62,876 nt of DNA, taken from a virus (lineage: Duplodnaviria > Caudoviricetes). A program made the translations under genes and the position numbers. The notes beneath the pieces were generated by a model. It was not told the DNA's origin and did not search any database. It was given only the letters and a program-made list of their open reading frames with translations. Location: positions 1-62,876 of the IMG/VR virus record IMGVR_UViG_3300037558_002528. One strand, 5' to 3'. This document shows, in pieces, positions 1 to 9,222 of this stretch (positions within the stretch are counted from its first letter, which is position 1; every line of letters begins with the position of its first letter).

Positions 1-13
1 GGGTGGCCGCGAG

Positions 14-1522
14 ATGGAGGTGCGTCGCCGCAAGAAGTCCGGCGAGGTGTTCTGGGCCAGCCTGTCGTTGTCGGTCATGCGTGACCAGAGCGGCCATCCG
101 ATCGGCCTGATCGGCTATCTGAACGACATCACCGAACGCAAGAATGCGGAAAAGCTGATCCATCACCTGGCCTATTACGATGCCTTGACGGGCCTGCCCA
201 ACCGCACCTTGCTCACCCGCACCGTGGATCAGGCGCTGACCGAAGCCCGCCATGAAAGCATGCACGGCTGCGTGATGTTCATCGACCTGAATCGCTTCAA
301 GCCCATCAACGATACGCTGGGTCATGTGGCCGGCGACATGCTGCTGGTGGAAGTGGCCCTGCGCTTGCGCCGCGCCTTGCGCGAGCAGGATGTGGTGGCG
401 CGCCTGGGCGCCGACGAATTTGCGGTGGCGCTGTTCGACATCGACAAGGATTACCATCCCGGCTTCGTGGCCCAGAAGCTGCTGGCCGTGTTCGATGATC
501 CGTTCTTCATCGATGGCCACGAGTTGCGCGTGGGCGCCAGCATTGGCGTGAGCATGTATCCGGAAGATGCCAGCGATACCGAAACCTTGCTGCGCCTGGC
601 CGACATCGCCATGTACCGGGCCAAGCAGGGTGGCGACAACAATGAAAACGGCTACGTCTATTACAGCGAAGAGATGAATCGCAACACGCTGGACCTGTTG
701 CGCATCGAAACCGGTTTGCTGCACGCCTTCGAATACAACGAATTGCTGCTGTACTACCAGCCCAAGGTGGATATGAACACCCTGGCCATCACCGGTGGCG
801 AGGCCCTGGTGCGCTGGCAGCATCCGGAGCGCGGATTGCTGCTGCCGGGTGAATTCATCCCGATTGCTGAAGAAACCGGCCTGATCGTGCAGTTGAGCGA
901 TTGGGTGCTGGACGCCGTGTGCCGCCAGGCGCGCTCGTGGAAAGAAGCCGGCCTGGCACCGATCCGCATCGCCCTGAACGTGACGGCGCGCGAATTCACC
1001 CGCTCCCTGCCGGACCGTGTGCGGGCGGCCCTGAACCGGCATGCGCTCAGCGGCGACTGGCTGGAGCTGGAAATCACCGAGAGCATGCTGATGCACAGCA
1101 CCGATCGCGTCATTTCCATCATGGAAAAGATCTGCAGCCTGGGCATCACGATTTCACTGGATGACTTCGGGACCGGCTATTCCAGCCTCTCGTACCTGAA
1201 GCGCTTCCCCATCAATACGCTCAAGATCGACCGCTCCTTCACCATGGGCATCCCTGACGATACCAATGACTGCGCCATTGCCAGCGCCATCATCGGCATC
1301 GCCAAGCAATTGCGCCACAAGGTCATCGCCGAAGGGGTGGAGACCGAAAAGCAATTCAACTTCCTGCGCGAAGCCGGTTGCAACGAATTGCAGGGCTTCC
1401 TCTTCTCGCGCCCCATTCCGGCGGCGGACTTCCATGCCATGCTGCTGGAGGGGCGCAAGCTCAACGTGATGCAGCAGGCGGCTTCGTCCGCCCTGCCTGC
1501 GGCAGGTCTGCCCGAGCAATGA
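14..1522 (+). CDS. Host PAS-GGDEF-EAL c-di-GMP signalling protein (5' end probably outside the window)
   Basis: PAC-like start, [12 protein letters not shown] and [11 protein letters not shown], degenerate GADEF motif, then EAL domain ([22 protein letters not shown]). Confidence 0.93.
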   Translation: MEVRRRKKSGEVFWASLSLSVMRDQSGHPIGLIGYLNDITERKNAEKLIHHLAYYDALTGLPNRTLLTRTVDQALTEARHESMHGCVMFIDLNRFKPINDTLGHVAGDMLLVEVALRLRRALREQDVVARLGADEFAVALFDIDKDYHPGFVAQKLLAVFDDPFFIDGHELRVGASIGVSMYPEDASDTETLLRLADIAMYRAKQGGDNNENGYVYYSEEMNRNTLDLLRIETGLLHAFEYNELLLYYQPKVDMNTLAITGGEALVRWQHPERGLLLPGEFIPIAEETGLIVQLSDWVLDAVCRQARSWKEAGLAPIRIALNVTAREFTRSLPDRVRAALNRHALSGDWLELEITESMLMHSTDRVISIMEKICSLGITISLDDFGTGYSSLSYLKRFPINTLKIDRSFTMGIPDDTNDCAIASAIIGIAKQLRHKVIAEGVETEKQFNFLREAGCNELQGFLFSRPIPAADFHAMLLEGRKLNVMQQAASSALPAAGLPEQ

Positions 1523-1778
1523 GGCCACCGGCCGGTGAGCGCCTTCGCGCTGCCGGTCTCCTGCGTTTTCTCCCCGATTTCCGTGTTGTCCTGCGCTGGA
1601 TGCGGCCCTATGCTGGAGCCCGCCTTGTGAGAAATCTGAGACTTTCGGGCATTCTCTCGAAGTATTTCGGTCCGACTGGAGAATGTTGTCCAGATTTCAT
1701 CACGGATTTCACTGATTTTTGGCGGGCTGCCGTGTCAATGCATATTCTTCACCATACAACCAACGAAGGAGAACGATC

Positions 1779-2315
1779 ATGAAACGACGTATTGCACAGC
1801 TGGCCCTGCTGGCCTGCACCTCTGCAGCATCGCTGGCCATGGCGGCGGAGGCGCCCATCAAGGTGCCGCTGAACCTGGTCAATGGCCAGGGAGTGGTGGC
1901 TGCGGCGGGCGAGGTGACCATCAGCGAGACGCCGTATGGACTGGTGTTCCAGCCGGCATTGACGGGCTTGCCCGCCGGTGTGCACGGCTTCCACGTACAC
2001 CAGAACGCTTCCTGCGCGCCACTGGAGAAGGATGGGAAGATGGAGCCTGCCCTGGCAGCTGGCGGCCATTGGGATCCACAGAAGACGGGCAAGCATGAAG
2101 GACCCTACGGCGAGGGGCATCTGGGAGACCTGCCTGCCCTTTACGTGAGTGCGGATGGCAAGGCCGACTACCCGGTGCTGGCACCGCGCCTGAAGACGCT
2201 GGCTGAAGTGCGGGGACATGCGCTGATGGTGCACGTGGGCGGGGATAATCACTCGGATTATCCGGCTGCGCTGGGTGGCGGAGGCGTGCGGTTGGCGTGT
2301 GGGGTGATCCAGTAA
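1779..2315 (+). CDS. sodC: Host periplasmic Cu/Zn superoxide dismutase
   Basis: Signal peptide, [28 protein letters not shown]; SD AAGGAG before ATG 1779. Confidence 0.95.
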   Translation: MKRRIAQLALLACTSAASLAMAAEAPIKVPLNLVNGQGVVAAAGEVTISETPYGLVFQPALTGLPAGVHGFHVHQNASCAPLEKDGKMEPALAAGGHWDPQKTGKHEGPYGEGHLGDLPALYVSADGKADYPVLAPRLKTLAEVRGHALMVHVGGDNHSDYPAALGGGGVRLACGVIQ

Positions 2316-2428
2316 GGTTTTGCTCTGCTGGCGGCGCTGCGGGATAGGCGGTCAGGCACCATGCCTTGGATTGCTCTCGTGCAGCCGCATAAATTTGGAG
2401 TGCGGAATATATTGGAATATTGGAAGGA

Positions 2429-2468
2429 CAAATGAAAAACGGGTCCATCAGGACCCGTTTTTCATTTG
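2429..2468. terminator. Bidirectional intrinsic terminator, likely the original terminator of the host tRNA-Ser
   Basis: 18-bp perfect inverted repeat CAAATGAAAAACGGGTCC-atca-GGACCCGTTTTTCATTTG just outside the left att copy. Confidence 0.8.
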
Positions 2469-2473
2469 AAGCT

Positions 2474-2491
2474 TTGGCGGAGACGGAGGGA
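2474..2491. repeat. Left att core TTGGCGGAGACGGAGGGA (duplicated tRNA-Ser 3' end)
   Basis: Identical to 62761-62778. Confidence 0.95.
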
Positions 2492-2516
2492 GCAATATAT
2501 CGGTCCGTAACCCGCT

Positions 2517-2762
2517 TCAGGCGGCAGTCTTGTGGTTTTCGAATCCAGATTCACCAACAGATTCACCATCAGAATTCGCGGCCCGCGAGTTCATGCGTTC
2601 TTTGATCCATTCGTCGACCTCGCTCTCGACCCAGCCGACCGAGTGCGGACCCAACTCGATAGGGGCTGGGAAGCTGCCTTCCTTGACCTTGCGGTGCAGG
2701 GTGGTGCGCCCGATGGCCGTCTTCTTCAGGACGTCCTTGGTTTTCAGGATATTGTGGCTCAT
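2517..2762 (-). CDS. AlpA-family excisionase / recombination directionality factor
   Basis: ILKTKDVLKKTAIGRTTLHRKVKEGSFPAPIELGPHSVGWVESEVDEWI is a typical AlpA pattern; adjacent to att. Confidence 0.9.
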   Translation of the reverse strand: MSHNILKTKDVLKKTAIGRTTLHRKVKEGSFPAPIELGPHSVGWVESEVDEWIKERMNSRAANSDGESVGESGFENHKTAA

Positions 2763-3121
2763 AGGATTCCCTTTCCGCGAGTGTCGATTACCGGTTGCTT
2801 TTCTTTCAGGCGGCGCACCGAGACCTTCAGGCGCTGCTCTTCCTTCTTGAGGGCTGCCACCCGCTCGTTCATCTCGGCCAGGGTACGCTTGACGCTGGCA
2901 TGATCGGACCAGGCGCGCTGCAGCACCACGGCATTGGTAGCCAGGTACTGGAACGGGTCCAAGACGGCTCCGCACTGTACGCAGTTGACCAGTCTGCCAT
3001 GCGAGTCCAAAGAGATCTTCGCATGCTGGCACATGTTGAATGGCTGCTTTTCCAGCGTGATGGTCTGCTCGGGCACTTCCTGCGGCACGCCCGGGAAGCT
3101 GACGACGTTCTGTTCGCTCAT
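2759..3121 (-). CDS. Phage hypothetical protein (CxH...CxxC zinc ribbon plus coiled coil)
   Basis: Coupled by ATGA overlaps in the left operon. Confidence 0.7.
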   Translation of the reverse strand: MSEQNVVSFPGVPQEVPEQTITLEKQPFNMCQHAKISLDSHGRLVNCVQCGAVLDPFQYLATNAVVLQRAWSDHASVKRTLAEMNERVAALKKEEQRLKVSVRRLKEKQPVIDTRGKGIL

Positions 3122-3600
3122 GGTTTCCACTCCACCAGCGGCTGTGCGCTGGACACGTACAAAGGGTGACGCGGCGCGCCGGCGACTACCGTGACGCCCA
3201 GGCACATCAGTCGAGCGCTGCGCTTGCCGAAGATCTCGCGCACCGCAACCACACGATCGGGGTGGGCATTGGCACCCCAGGCGCACACCACCAGGTCATG
3301 CTCGATCGCCGCGCGCTGCAGGTGCCAGTCGTTCTCCGGGCCGACGGGATCCGAGTGCTGCCAGAGCGCGCGCGGGTCGGTGGCTCGCAGGGCGTAGAGA
3401 TTGACCACCACGATGCCGCTGCAGCTCCAGGACCTGGCGAAGTTGCGGCAGCGCCGGATGGTCGGATCGTCCTCCGCCGCATCCGCAGTGCTGGGGTTCA
3501 GCATGATGAACAACGCAGGTCCACGCGTGGCGAAAGCGTCGTCAGCCTTACGCTCCAGCATGTAGCGGTAGGTTCCGCAGTCCGAGATGATCGCGCTCAT
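3118..3600 (-). CDS. DUF1643-family protein
   Basis: SDCGTYRY, FIMLNPSTADA..DDPTIRRC, NLYALRATDP, AWG, PRHPLY. Confidence 0.88.
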   Translation of the reverse strand: MSAIISDCGTYRYMLERKADDAFATRGPALFIMLNPSTADAAEDDPTIRRCRNFARSWSCSGIVVVNLYALRATDPRALWQHSDPVGPENDWHLQRAAIEHDLVVCAWGANAHPDRVVAVREIFGKRSARLMCLGVTVVAGAPRHPLYVSSAQPLVEWKP

Positions 3601-4004
3601 GCCTTGTCTCCTTCTTCTGCTGGCTGGCAGAGTGCGGCGGGTGCAGCCATAAGAGGCTGGTCAATGAGGAAGCCATAGCTATATCCACCGTCATGCCACG
3701 CAGGCCAATCTCGTACCTTCGAATCCTCGCCATCCTCGTCTTCAGCATTGCCAAACATTTCTTCGATGGCCTGGATTAAGCGCTCCTCATCATCGTTGAA
3801 CAGATCTGCCGCATCCTCTAGAGCAGAGTCCACCCGTACAACATAGAAGTTTGGTCGGGTGAAAAGCGGCGTTACCGCAAGAAGCTTGAGTCCATCTCCA
3901 AAGATCTCATCAATTAGAAGGGGCGTTATTTCGTACTCAGTGCCCCAGAATCTCATGATGCGGGCACGTTCGATATGTGCGCGAAGTTGTTCATGGGTCA
4001 TCAT
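3597..4004 (-). CDS. Phage hypothetical protein (acidic)
   Basis: Coupled ORF in left operon. Confidence 0.6.
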   Translation of the reverse strand: MMTHEQLRAHIERARIMRFWGTEYEITPLLIDEIFGDGLKLLAVTPLFTRPNFYVVRVDSALEDAADLFNDDEERLIQAIEEMFGNAEDEDGEDSKVRDWPAWHDGGYSYGFLIDQPLMAAPAALCQPAEEGDKA

Positions 4005-4603
4005 TGCTCCTGATCCTCCACCGACGGGCAGAGTGCGGCGCGGGCTTGCCATCCTTCCCATGCACCTTGTGTCTTTGGATCGATATAGGCGGCGATTCCT
4101 TCTTCAAGGCCGTTTTGCAGGTTCAAGTGCGAGAACTCGCGCTCAAACTTGGCATGCTCATCCGCCACCGGCTGCGCCACCGCTGGCGAGGAGTCATCAC
4201 CGTTCTGAATGGCGTAGTACTGTTCTTCAGTTACGGCGTTCGCGGCCACCAGCAAATCTTCCCAAGTCCAATCTTCTTCGCTCAGAACTTCGCGCATTTC
4301 CGCGTTCAAGTGCATCGGCACCAAGACGAAGCCCTCAGGCACCGGCCCTGCTGGTAGCGCGAGCTGGGAGGCGCGGATGGCAGCGTTATATCCAAGTACA
4401 AAAGCTTTGCGCCCAGCGTCATCATCTTCGAACGACGGCAACTCCGGCAGCGCCTGCCCTTGCGGCTCCAGTGCGCGCTCTGCTAGGGCGAGCAGCGCGG
4501 CCTCTGCACGCTCCATACGCTGGTGCGCGATTGAGCCGGCAACGTGGTCTTGCTTCTCGGCCAGGATCTCCTTCAGGGCGGCTTGGATCAGGTCGGCGTT
4601 CAT
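4001..4603 (-). CDS. Phage hypothetical protein (mosaic early-region, Ea-like)
   Basis: VPEGFVLVP and AWEGWQARAAL modules typical of lambdoid early accessory genes. Confidence 0.65.
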   Translation of the reverse strand: MNADLIQAALKEILAEKQDHVAGSIAHQRMERAEAALLALAERALEPQGQALPELPSFEDDDAGRKAFVLGYNAAIRASQLALPAGPVPEGFVLVPMHLNAEMREVLSEEDWTWEDLLVAANAVTEEQYYAIQNGDDSSPAVAQPVADEHAKFEREFSHLNLQNGLEEGIAAYIDPKTQGAWEGWQARAALCPSVEDQEQ

Positions 4604-4881
4604 GCAGCACCACCTTTCTGCGGGCGCATGGCGTCAAGAATCTCGCGCAGCTTCATGCCCGGGACGCCTGATACCGCATACATCACGCAGTCCTTGCTCT
4701 CACCATCGATGACGATCTCGGCGAGACGCGGGTGGCTCGCCAGCACGTCCAGCCGCGCGGTCTCTGCTTGCTGCTGCACCAGCACCACGCGCAGTGCAAC
4801 CAGGTCCTCGCGCGTGACAGGGGCAACGCCGTTCTCGCAGCTGGCGATCAGGTGGTCGATCTTTTCCAAGTTCATGATCAT
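4600..4881 (-). CDS. Phage hypothetical protein
   Basis: ATGA-coupled to rtcB stop. Confidence 0.6.
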   Translation of the reverse strand: MIMNLEKIDHLIASCENGVAPVTREDLVALRVVLVQQQAETARLDVLASHPRLAEIVIDGESKDCVMYAVSGVPGMKLREILDAMRPQKGGAA

Positions 4882-6098
4882 CCCTTCACGCACAGGACCT
4901 GCTTGAGGGTATGCACCACCTCAACCAGATCAGATTGAGCGGCCATCACCGCATCGATATCCTTATAGGCAGCCGGGGTCTCGTCCAGCACCTCAGCATC
5001 CTTGCGGCATTCGACGCCGGCCGTGGCCGCGATGTGATCCTCGATCGTGAACTGCTTGCGCGCTTCGTTGCGCGACATCTTGCGCCCTGCACCGTGTGAG
5101 CAGGAGCAGAAGGCCTCGCGCTCGCCCTTCCCGCGCACGATGAACGACTTGGCACCCATACTGCCGGGAATGATCCCGAGTCGCCCTTCGTGGGCGTCGA
5201 CCGCACCCTTGCGCGTGACCATCACGTTTTCGCCGAAGTGGCGTTCCCACGAAACATAGTTGTGGTGGCAGTTCACTGCCTCGCAGTCGCACGTGAAGGG
5301 CTTCGGTATCGCCTGGTGCAGGGCCACCAGCGCCGCCTGCATCATCAGCTCGCGATTGATCCGGGCAAAGCCCTGGGCCCAGCCGACGGCCTCGAAATAG
5401 TCATCGAAGAGGTTGGAGCCTTGCGGGATGTAGGCCAGGTCCTGGTCGGGCAGGTTGATGAACCAGCGCTGCATATCGCGCTTGGCGGCCTCGATGAAGT
5501 AGCTTCCGATAGCATTGCCGATGCCACGGGAACCGGAATGCAGCATGATCCAGACGCGCTGCTGCTCATCCAGGCACAGCTCCACAAAGTGGTTACCGGT
5601 GCCTAGGGTGCCGGCGTGCGTGACTGCGCGCTCGGCCGGCCGCGACAGCTTCGGATGCTTGTGGGCCAGGACCGGCAGGAAGTCCATTTGCCGGCGCAGC
5701 GCTTCCGACGCGCCGTAGGGCGACTCGCCCCAGGCGCCGCGATCACCCGGGCCACCGTTGTTGGTCCGGCCATGGGGAATTGCTGCCTCGATCGCGCTGC
5801 GCAGCGGGCCCAAGTTGTCCGGGAGGTCCGAGGCCACGAGCGTGGTGCGCTGCGCGGCCATCCCGCAGCCGATGTCCACGCCGACAGCGGCCGGGATGAC
5901 GGCGCCCTTGGTGGCGATCACGCTGCCCACGGTGGCGCCCATGCCCCAGTGCACATCGGGCATCGCGGCCACGTGCTTATGGATGAAGGGCAGGCTGGCC
6001 AGGTTGCGCAGCTGCTGCTTGGCTGCGTCTTCTACCTGCACGCCACGCGTCCAGGCTTTGATGGGTTTTCCGGTGCTGTCGATGATTTCGAAGGTCAT
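4878..6098 (-). CDS. rtcB: RtcB-family RNA 3'-phosphate/5'-OH ligase
   Basis: MPDVH, VGVDIGCG, GTLGTGNHFVE, HSGSRG, HHNY, PGSMG, HGAGR, DETPAAYK motifs all intact. Confidence 0.95.
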   Translation of the reverse strand: MTFEIIDSTGKPIKAWTRGVQVEDAAKQQLRNLASLPFIHKHVAAMPDVHWGMGATVGSVIATKGAVIPAAVGVDIGCGMAAQRTTLVASDLPDNLGPLRSAIEAAIPHGRTNNGGPGDRGAWGESPYGASEALRRQMDFLPVLAHKHPKLSRPAERAVTHAGTLGTGNHFVELCLDEQQRVWIMLHSGSRGIGNAIGSYFIEAAKRDMQRWFINLPDQDLAYIPQGSNLFDDYFEAVGWAQGFARINRELMMQAALVALHQAIPKPFTCDCEAVNCHHNYVSWERHFGENVMVTRKGAVDAHEGRLGIIPGSMGAKSFIVRGKGEREAFCSCSHGAGRKMSRNEARKQFTIEDHIAATAGVECRKDAEVLDETPAAYKDIDAVMAAQSDLVEVVHTLKQVLCVKG

Positions 6099-6685
6099 GG
6101 CTTCAGTTCCTTTTCTGCTTCGGTGAGTGCGTTGTTCAATTCGGTCATACGTTCGTGGCTGCCACCGTTCTTGTCGGGATGCCTGGCGCTGGCCAGCTGC
6201 CGGTAGCGTTCCTTCACTTGGGGCATGGTCAGCGGCGGATGCTCCTCGCCGAAGTTCATCACCTCACGCCATGTGCGCTTCTTCTGTCCGGCTGGCGCCG
6301 GCAGCGCACGGAAGCCACTGAAGGTGGCGCGTACCAAGGCGAGAGTCCCGTGCCGAAGCTCGACGCGGCGCGCTTCCAGGATGTGGTGGATGGCCTGCAG
6401 GTTGGCTGCCGGCGTCAGGTACCGGTCCACCGGGATGCAAAACTGCTCACCGTCCCAAGTGAACCAGGCGGCGACGCCAGGATCCTGCGGTTTCTCGACG
6501 CCCAGCGAGCAGTTCGAGGAGAGCACCACGTTGGCCAGCGGCTTGCCGCTGTCGGTACCGAACTTGCGGAGGCTGTCCTGCACGTTCTTCAGGGCGCCGG
6601 CCAACGAAGTCTTGAAGCTGCCGGCTTCGCGGTGACGAGCCCGAGGGATGGTGTCAGGCCAATGAAGAGGGTAGGCGGTGGTCAT
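6095..6685 (-). CDS. Phage protein with C-terminal DnaJ (J) domain
   Basis: AYPLHWP N-terminus; YRQLASARHPDKNGGS J-domain HPD motif. Confidence 0.85.
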   Translation of the reverse strand: MTTAYPLHWPDTIPRARHREAGSFKTSLAGALKNVQDSLRKFGTDSGKPLANVVLSSNCSLGVEKPQDPGVAAWFTWDGEQFCIPVDRYLTPAANLQAIHHILEARRVELRHGTLALVRATFSGFRALPAPAGQKKRTWREVMNFGEEHPPLTMPQVKERYRQLASARHPDKNGGSHERMTELNNALTEAEKELKP

Positions 6686-6725
6686 GGTAGGATTAGTTAA
6701 TTAAATAACATCCGGGAGCGCAAGA

Positions 6726-7139
6726 ATGGGGCAATATCAGGTAGTTCAACTCGAAAACGGGCGTTGGATTTGGACGTTCTTGACCGGCGATATGGTGGAT
6801 ACAAGGCGTTCTTTTGGTCACTCTGTTGTTGAATTCCCCAGTGCCGAAGAGGCAAATCAGGATCTGGTACGCCTTCAATCCGCGCAGCAAGTAGAAGGGC
6901 GTTACGTTGTGTCGGAGGGCTATCTGCAATCTCTCGTTAATCTGATTGCCGTAGCAGAGCCGAGCTGCGGAGGAGCGTCCATCGATGGCGTGCATTGGCA
7001 TGAGCCAGAAAACGAACGCGGAGCCAACTGGGATGTGTCTCATATCGGAGGCGCGGACGATGCACCAGCTTGTTACGACGCTATCCGCCCTAAAATCGAA
7101 GAGCTCAGGAGGCGATTCCTCATCGAGGATCCTCAGTAA
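6726..7139 (+). CDS. Hypothetical protein, moron oriented against the left operon
   Basis: 137-aa ORF with GGGAG SD, AT-rich upstream region, lower GC than neighbours. Confidence 0.6.
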   Translation: MGQYQVVQLENGRWIWTFLTGDMVDTRRSFGHSVVEFPSAEEANQDLVRLQSAQQVEGRYVVSEGYLQSLVNLIAVAEPSCGGASIDGVHWHEPENERGANWDVSHIGGADDAPACYDAIRPKIEELRRRFLIEDPQ

Positions 7140-9190
7140 CATTCTGCCGCTCCCTGTGTCACGCTCAGCGCTACGGCCACCGGCCGAACCCAGATCGGCG
7201 CCGCGCTGAGCTGGAACGTCTCGCCGGACCAGGCCAGCAGGAGAGTGCGCCCCATCTCGGAGGCGATGACCTCGGCGGCAGCTGGCGGCACGGCATTGCC
7301 GATGCGCTCGCGCCAGGCTTGATCCGACAGGCCGTCCAGCTCCAGCATCTCTTCCGGATCTACCAGCGACTGCAGTGCGGCCAGCTCCAAGGTCGTGAAG
7401 GGGCGGTGCCAGGTGCCGTCCGGCGCACGGATGACGCAGACTAGCTTGTCGGCCGCCGCCGGCATGCGCGGATCGGCGACCGACCAGCGGCCGTTGTCGT
7501 AGCTGGCCGCCGAGGCGACGGCGCCAGAGTGCGCATCCATGGGCAGCACGCCATAGTGGCCACCGGTCAAGTAGTGGTCGCCCTTCTGGGGAATGCCGGC
7601 CGGGCGCGGGTCGGCAACAGCGTACGCGCCGGTGTCATCGCCGCCGATCACGGTGCCGCTCGCGCCATCCCACTGCGCCACGGGATACTTGCTGAACAAC
7701 TTTCCCTCGCGTGCAGCACGCGGATCGGCGACCGCAAAGGCTCCTTGGCCCGTGGTGCTGCCGCTGATCACTGTGCCCGCTGGATCCTGCCAAGGCGTGA
7801 CGCCATACTTTCCGAACGACTCACCAGCGCGCCGAGGATCCGCCACGGCCTGGCCGCCAGAGCTTGGGCCGTGTCCGGATGTGACGGTACCGGCAGCACG
7901 ATCCCATTCCACCACCCGGTAGACGTTCTTGTGCGTACTCTCGATCGCGCCAGCGCGCGGGTCTGCCACTGAGAAGGTGCCCTGTCCAGGCGACTTGACA
8001 CCGATCACCGCGCCAGACGATTCGCGCCAGTCCAGCACGCCATACTGCTGATATTCGGCGGCACCCGCCGCAGCGCGGGGATCAGCCACTGCGAAGCGCC
8101 CGTTTGATGGCAGGGACTCTCCGGCCACGGCGCCCGAGGTATCGGTCCATGCATTGACTCCGTATCCGGCCGAGTAGAGTTCCTGGCGCGGATCTGCCAC
8201 CGCGAAGGAACCATTGTTCGGCAGGCTGCGGCCGGTCACGGTGCCGCGAGGCTCTTGCCAGTCATCGACGCCCAGGAAGCCGCCGTTGCGGTTCTCCGGC
8301 ACGATCAGGTAATCGCGCAGGTGGCCGTCCTCGATCGCTAGGCGGTTGAGGCTGCGCCAGTCCTTGCCAGCCTCCACGAACGCCAGGCGGACCCAAGTCT
8401 TCCACTGCAGCGACGGGATACGGTGCATCGGGCCGCCGGCCGGATCACCCGGGAGCGGCATCCGGCCCAAGATATCGCCCACCGCCAGCAGGCTGCGCTT
8501 CGGCGGTTCGTAGAGGAAGTTCGGCACCTTGGCCATGTGGCGGCCGACCAGCAGGAAGCGCTTGCGGCTCTGGGCCAGGCCGCCGATCTCGCCGCAGTCG
8601 TGAGTGGTCTCGGCGGTCGCATAGCCATACTGGCGCAGCAGCGCAACGATCTGGTCCAGCAGATGGCGACCGCGCGTGGCGATGCGCGGCACGTTCTCGA
8701 AGATGATCAGCTCCGGGGGATCGTCGGCCCAGGCCTCCAGCATAAGCCAGACGCCGCGCAGGGTCAGGCGGTTGAGTGCTTGGTATTTGTCGGTCTTGCT
8801 CTTGCCCTCGGCCAGCAGGCCGGAGAAGCCCTTGCACGGTGCAGAGAGAAACACGATATGCGGGCGCTCGCCGCTGGCAGCGCGGCGGATGTCGGCGGGG
8901 AGGGCCTCACGCCAACCAGGCGGCGGCATGTGACCGTGGAAGGCAAGGTACTGGTCCAGGTCGAACAGGTCCAGGGTCGTGGCCGGCACGCCCACCAGGC
9001 GGCCGAAATCGCGGTTCGCAGCGGCGTCCACGTCCACGCTGCCGATGCAGCGGAACTTGGCTACCATGTTGCCCACGCGGGCGCAGGCCCGGCTGAAGCC
9101 ACGTGCGCCGCCGCCGATGGCGCCGAACAGGTGGAAGTGGCGGATCTCGCGCACGTCGTCTTTGATGCCGGTGAAGGTGTCGCGCTTCAT
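7133..9190 (-). CDS. DNA (cytosine-5) methyltransferase with seven internal VADPR repeats
   Basis: Variant motif I LFGAIGGG, SAPCKGFS (PC), FENVPR, QSRKRF, RPFTTLELAALQS, IGNAVPP. Confidence 0.9.
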   Translation of the reverse strand: MKRDTFTGIKDDVREIRHFHLFGAIGGGARGFSRACARVGNMVAKFRCIGSVDVDAAANRDFGRLVGVPATTLDLFDLDQYLAFHGHMPPPGWREALPADIRRAASGERPHIVFLSAPCKGFSGLLAEGKSKTDKYQALNRLTLRGVWLMLEAWADDPPELIIFENVPRIATRGRHLLDQIVALLRQYGYATAETTHDCGEIGGLAQSRKRFLLVGRHMAKVPNFLYEPPKRSLLAVGDILGRMPLPGDPAGGPMHRIPSLQWKTWVRLAFVEAGKDWRSLNRLAIEDGHLRDYLIVPENRNGGFLGVDDWQEPRGTVTGRSLPNNGSFAVADPRQELYSAGYGVNAWTDTSGAVAGESLPSNGRFAVADPRAAAGAAEYQQYGVLDWRESSGAVIGVKSPGQGTFSVADPRAGAIESTHKNVYRVVEWDRAAGTVTSGHGPSSGGQAVADPRRAGESFGKYGVTPWQDPAGTVISGSTTGQGAFAVADPRAAREGKLFSKYPVAQWDGASGTVIGGDDTGAYAVADPRPAGIPQKGDHYLTGGHYGVLPMDAHSGAVASAASYDNGRWSVADPRMPAAADKLVCVIRAPDGTWHRPFTTLELAALQSLVDPEEMLELDGLSDQAWRERIGNAVPPAAAEVIASEMGRTLLLAWSGETFQLSAAPIWVRPVAVALSVTQGAAECY

Positions 9191-9222
9191 GCTACGATCG
9201 CTCCAAAAAATGAGGGGGTCTT

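Noticed and set aside
1779-2315. sodC as phage cargo (as in Gifsy-2)
   Set aside because: It lies outside the left att core and beyond the host terminator, so it is a host gene
7467-8285. Periodic GCGGATC repeats as a CRISPR array or DNA element
   Set aside because: They are the in-frame ADPR codons of protein repeats with synonymous variation
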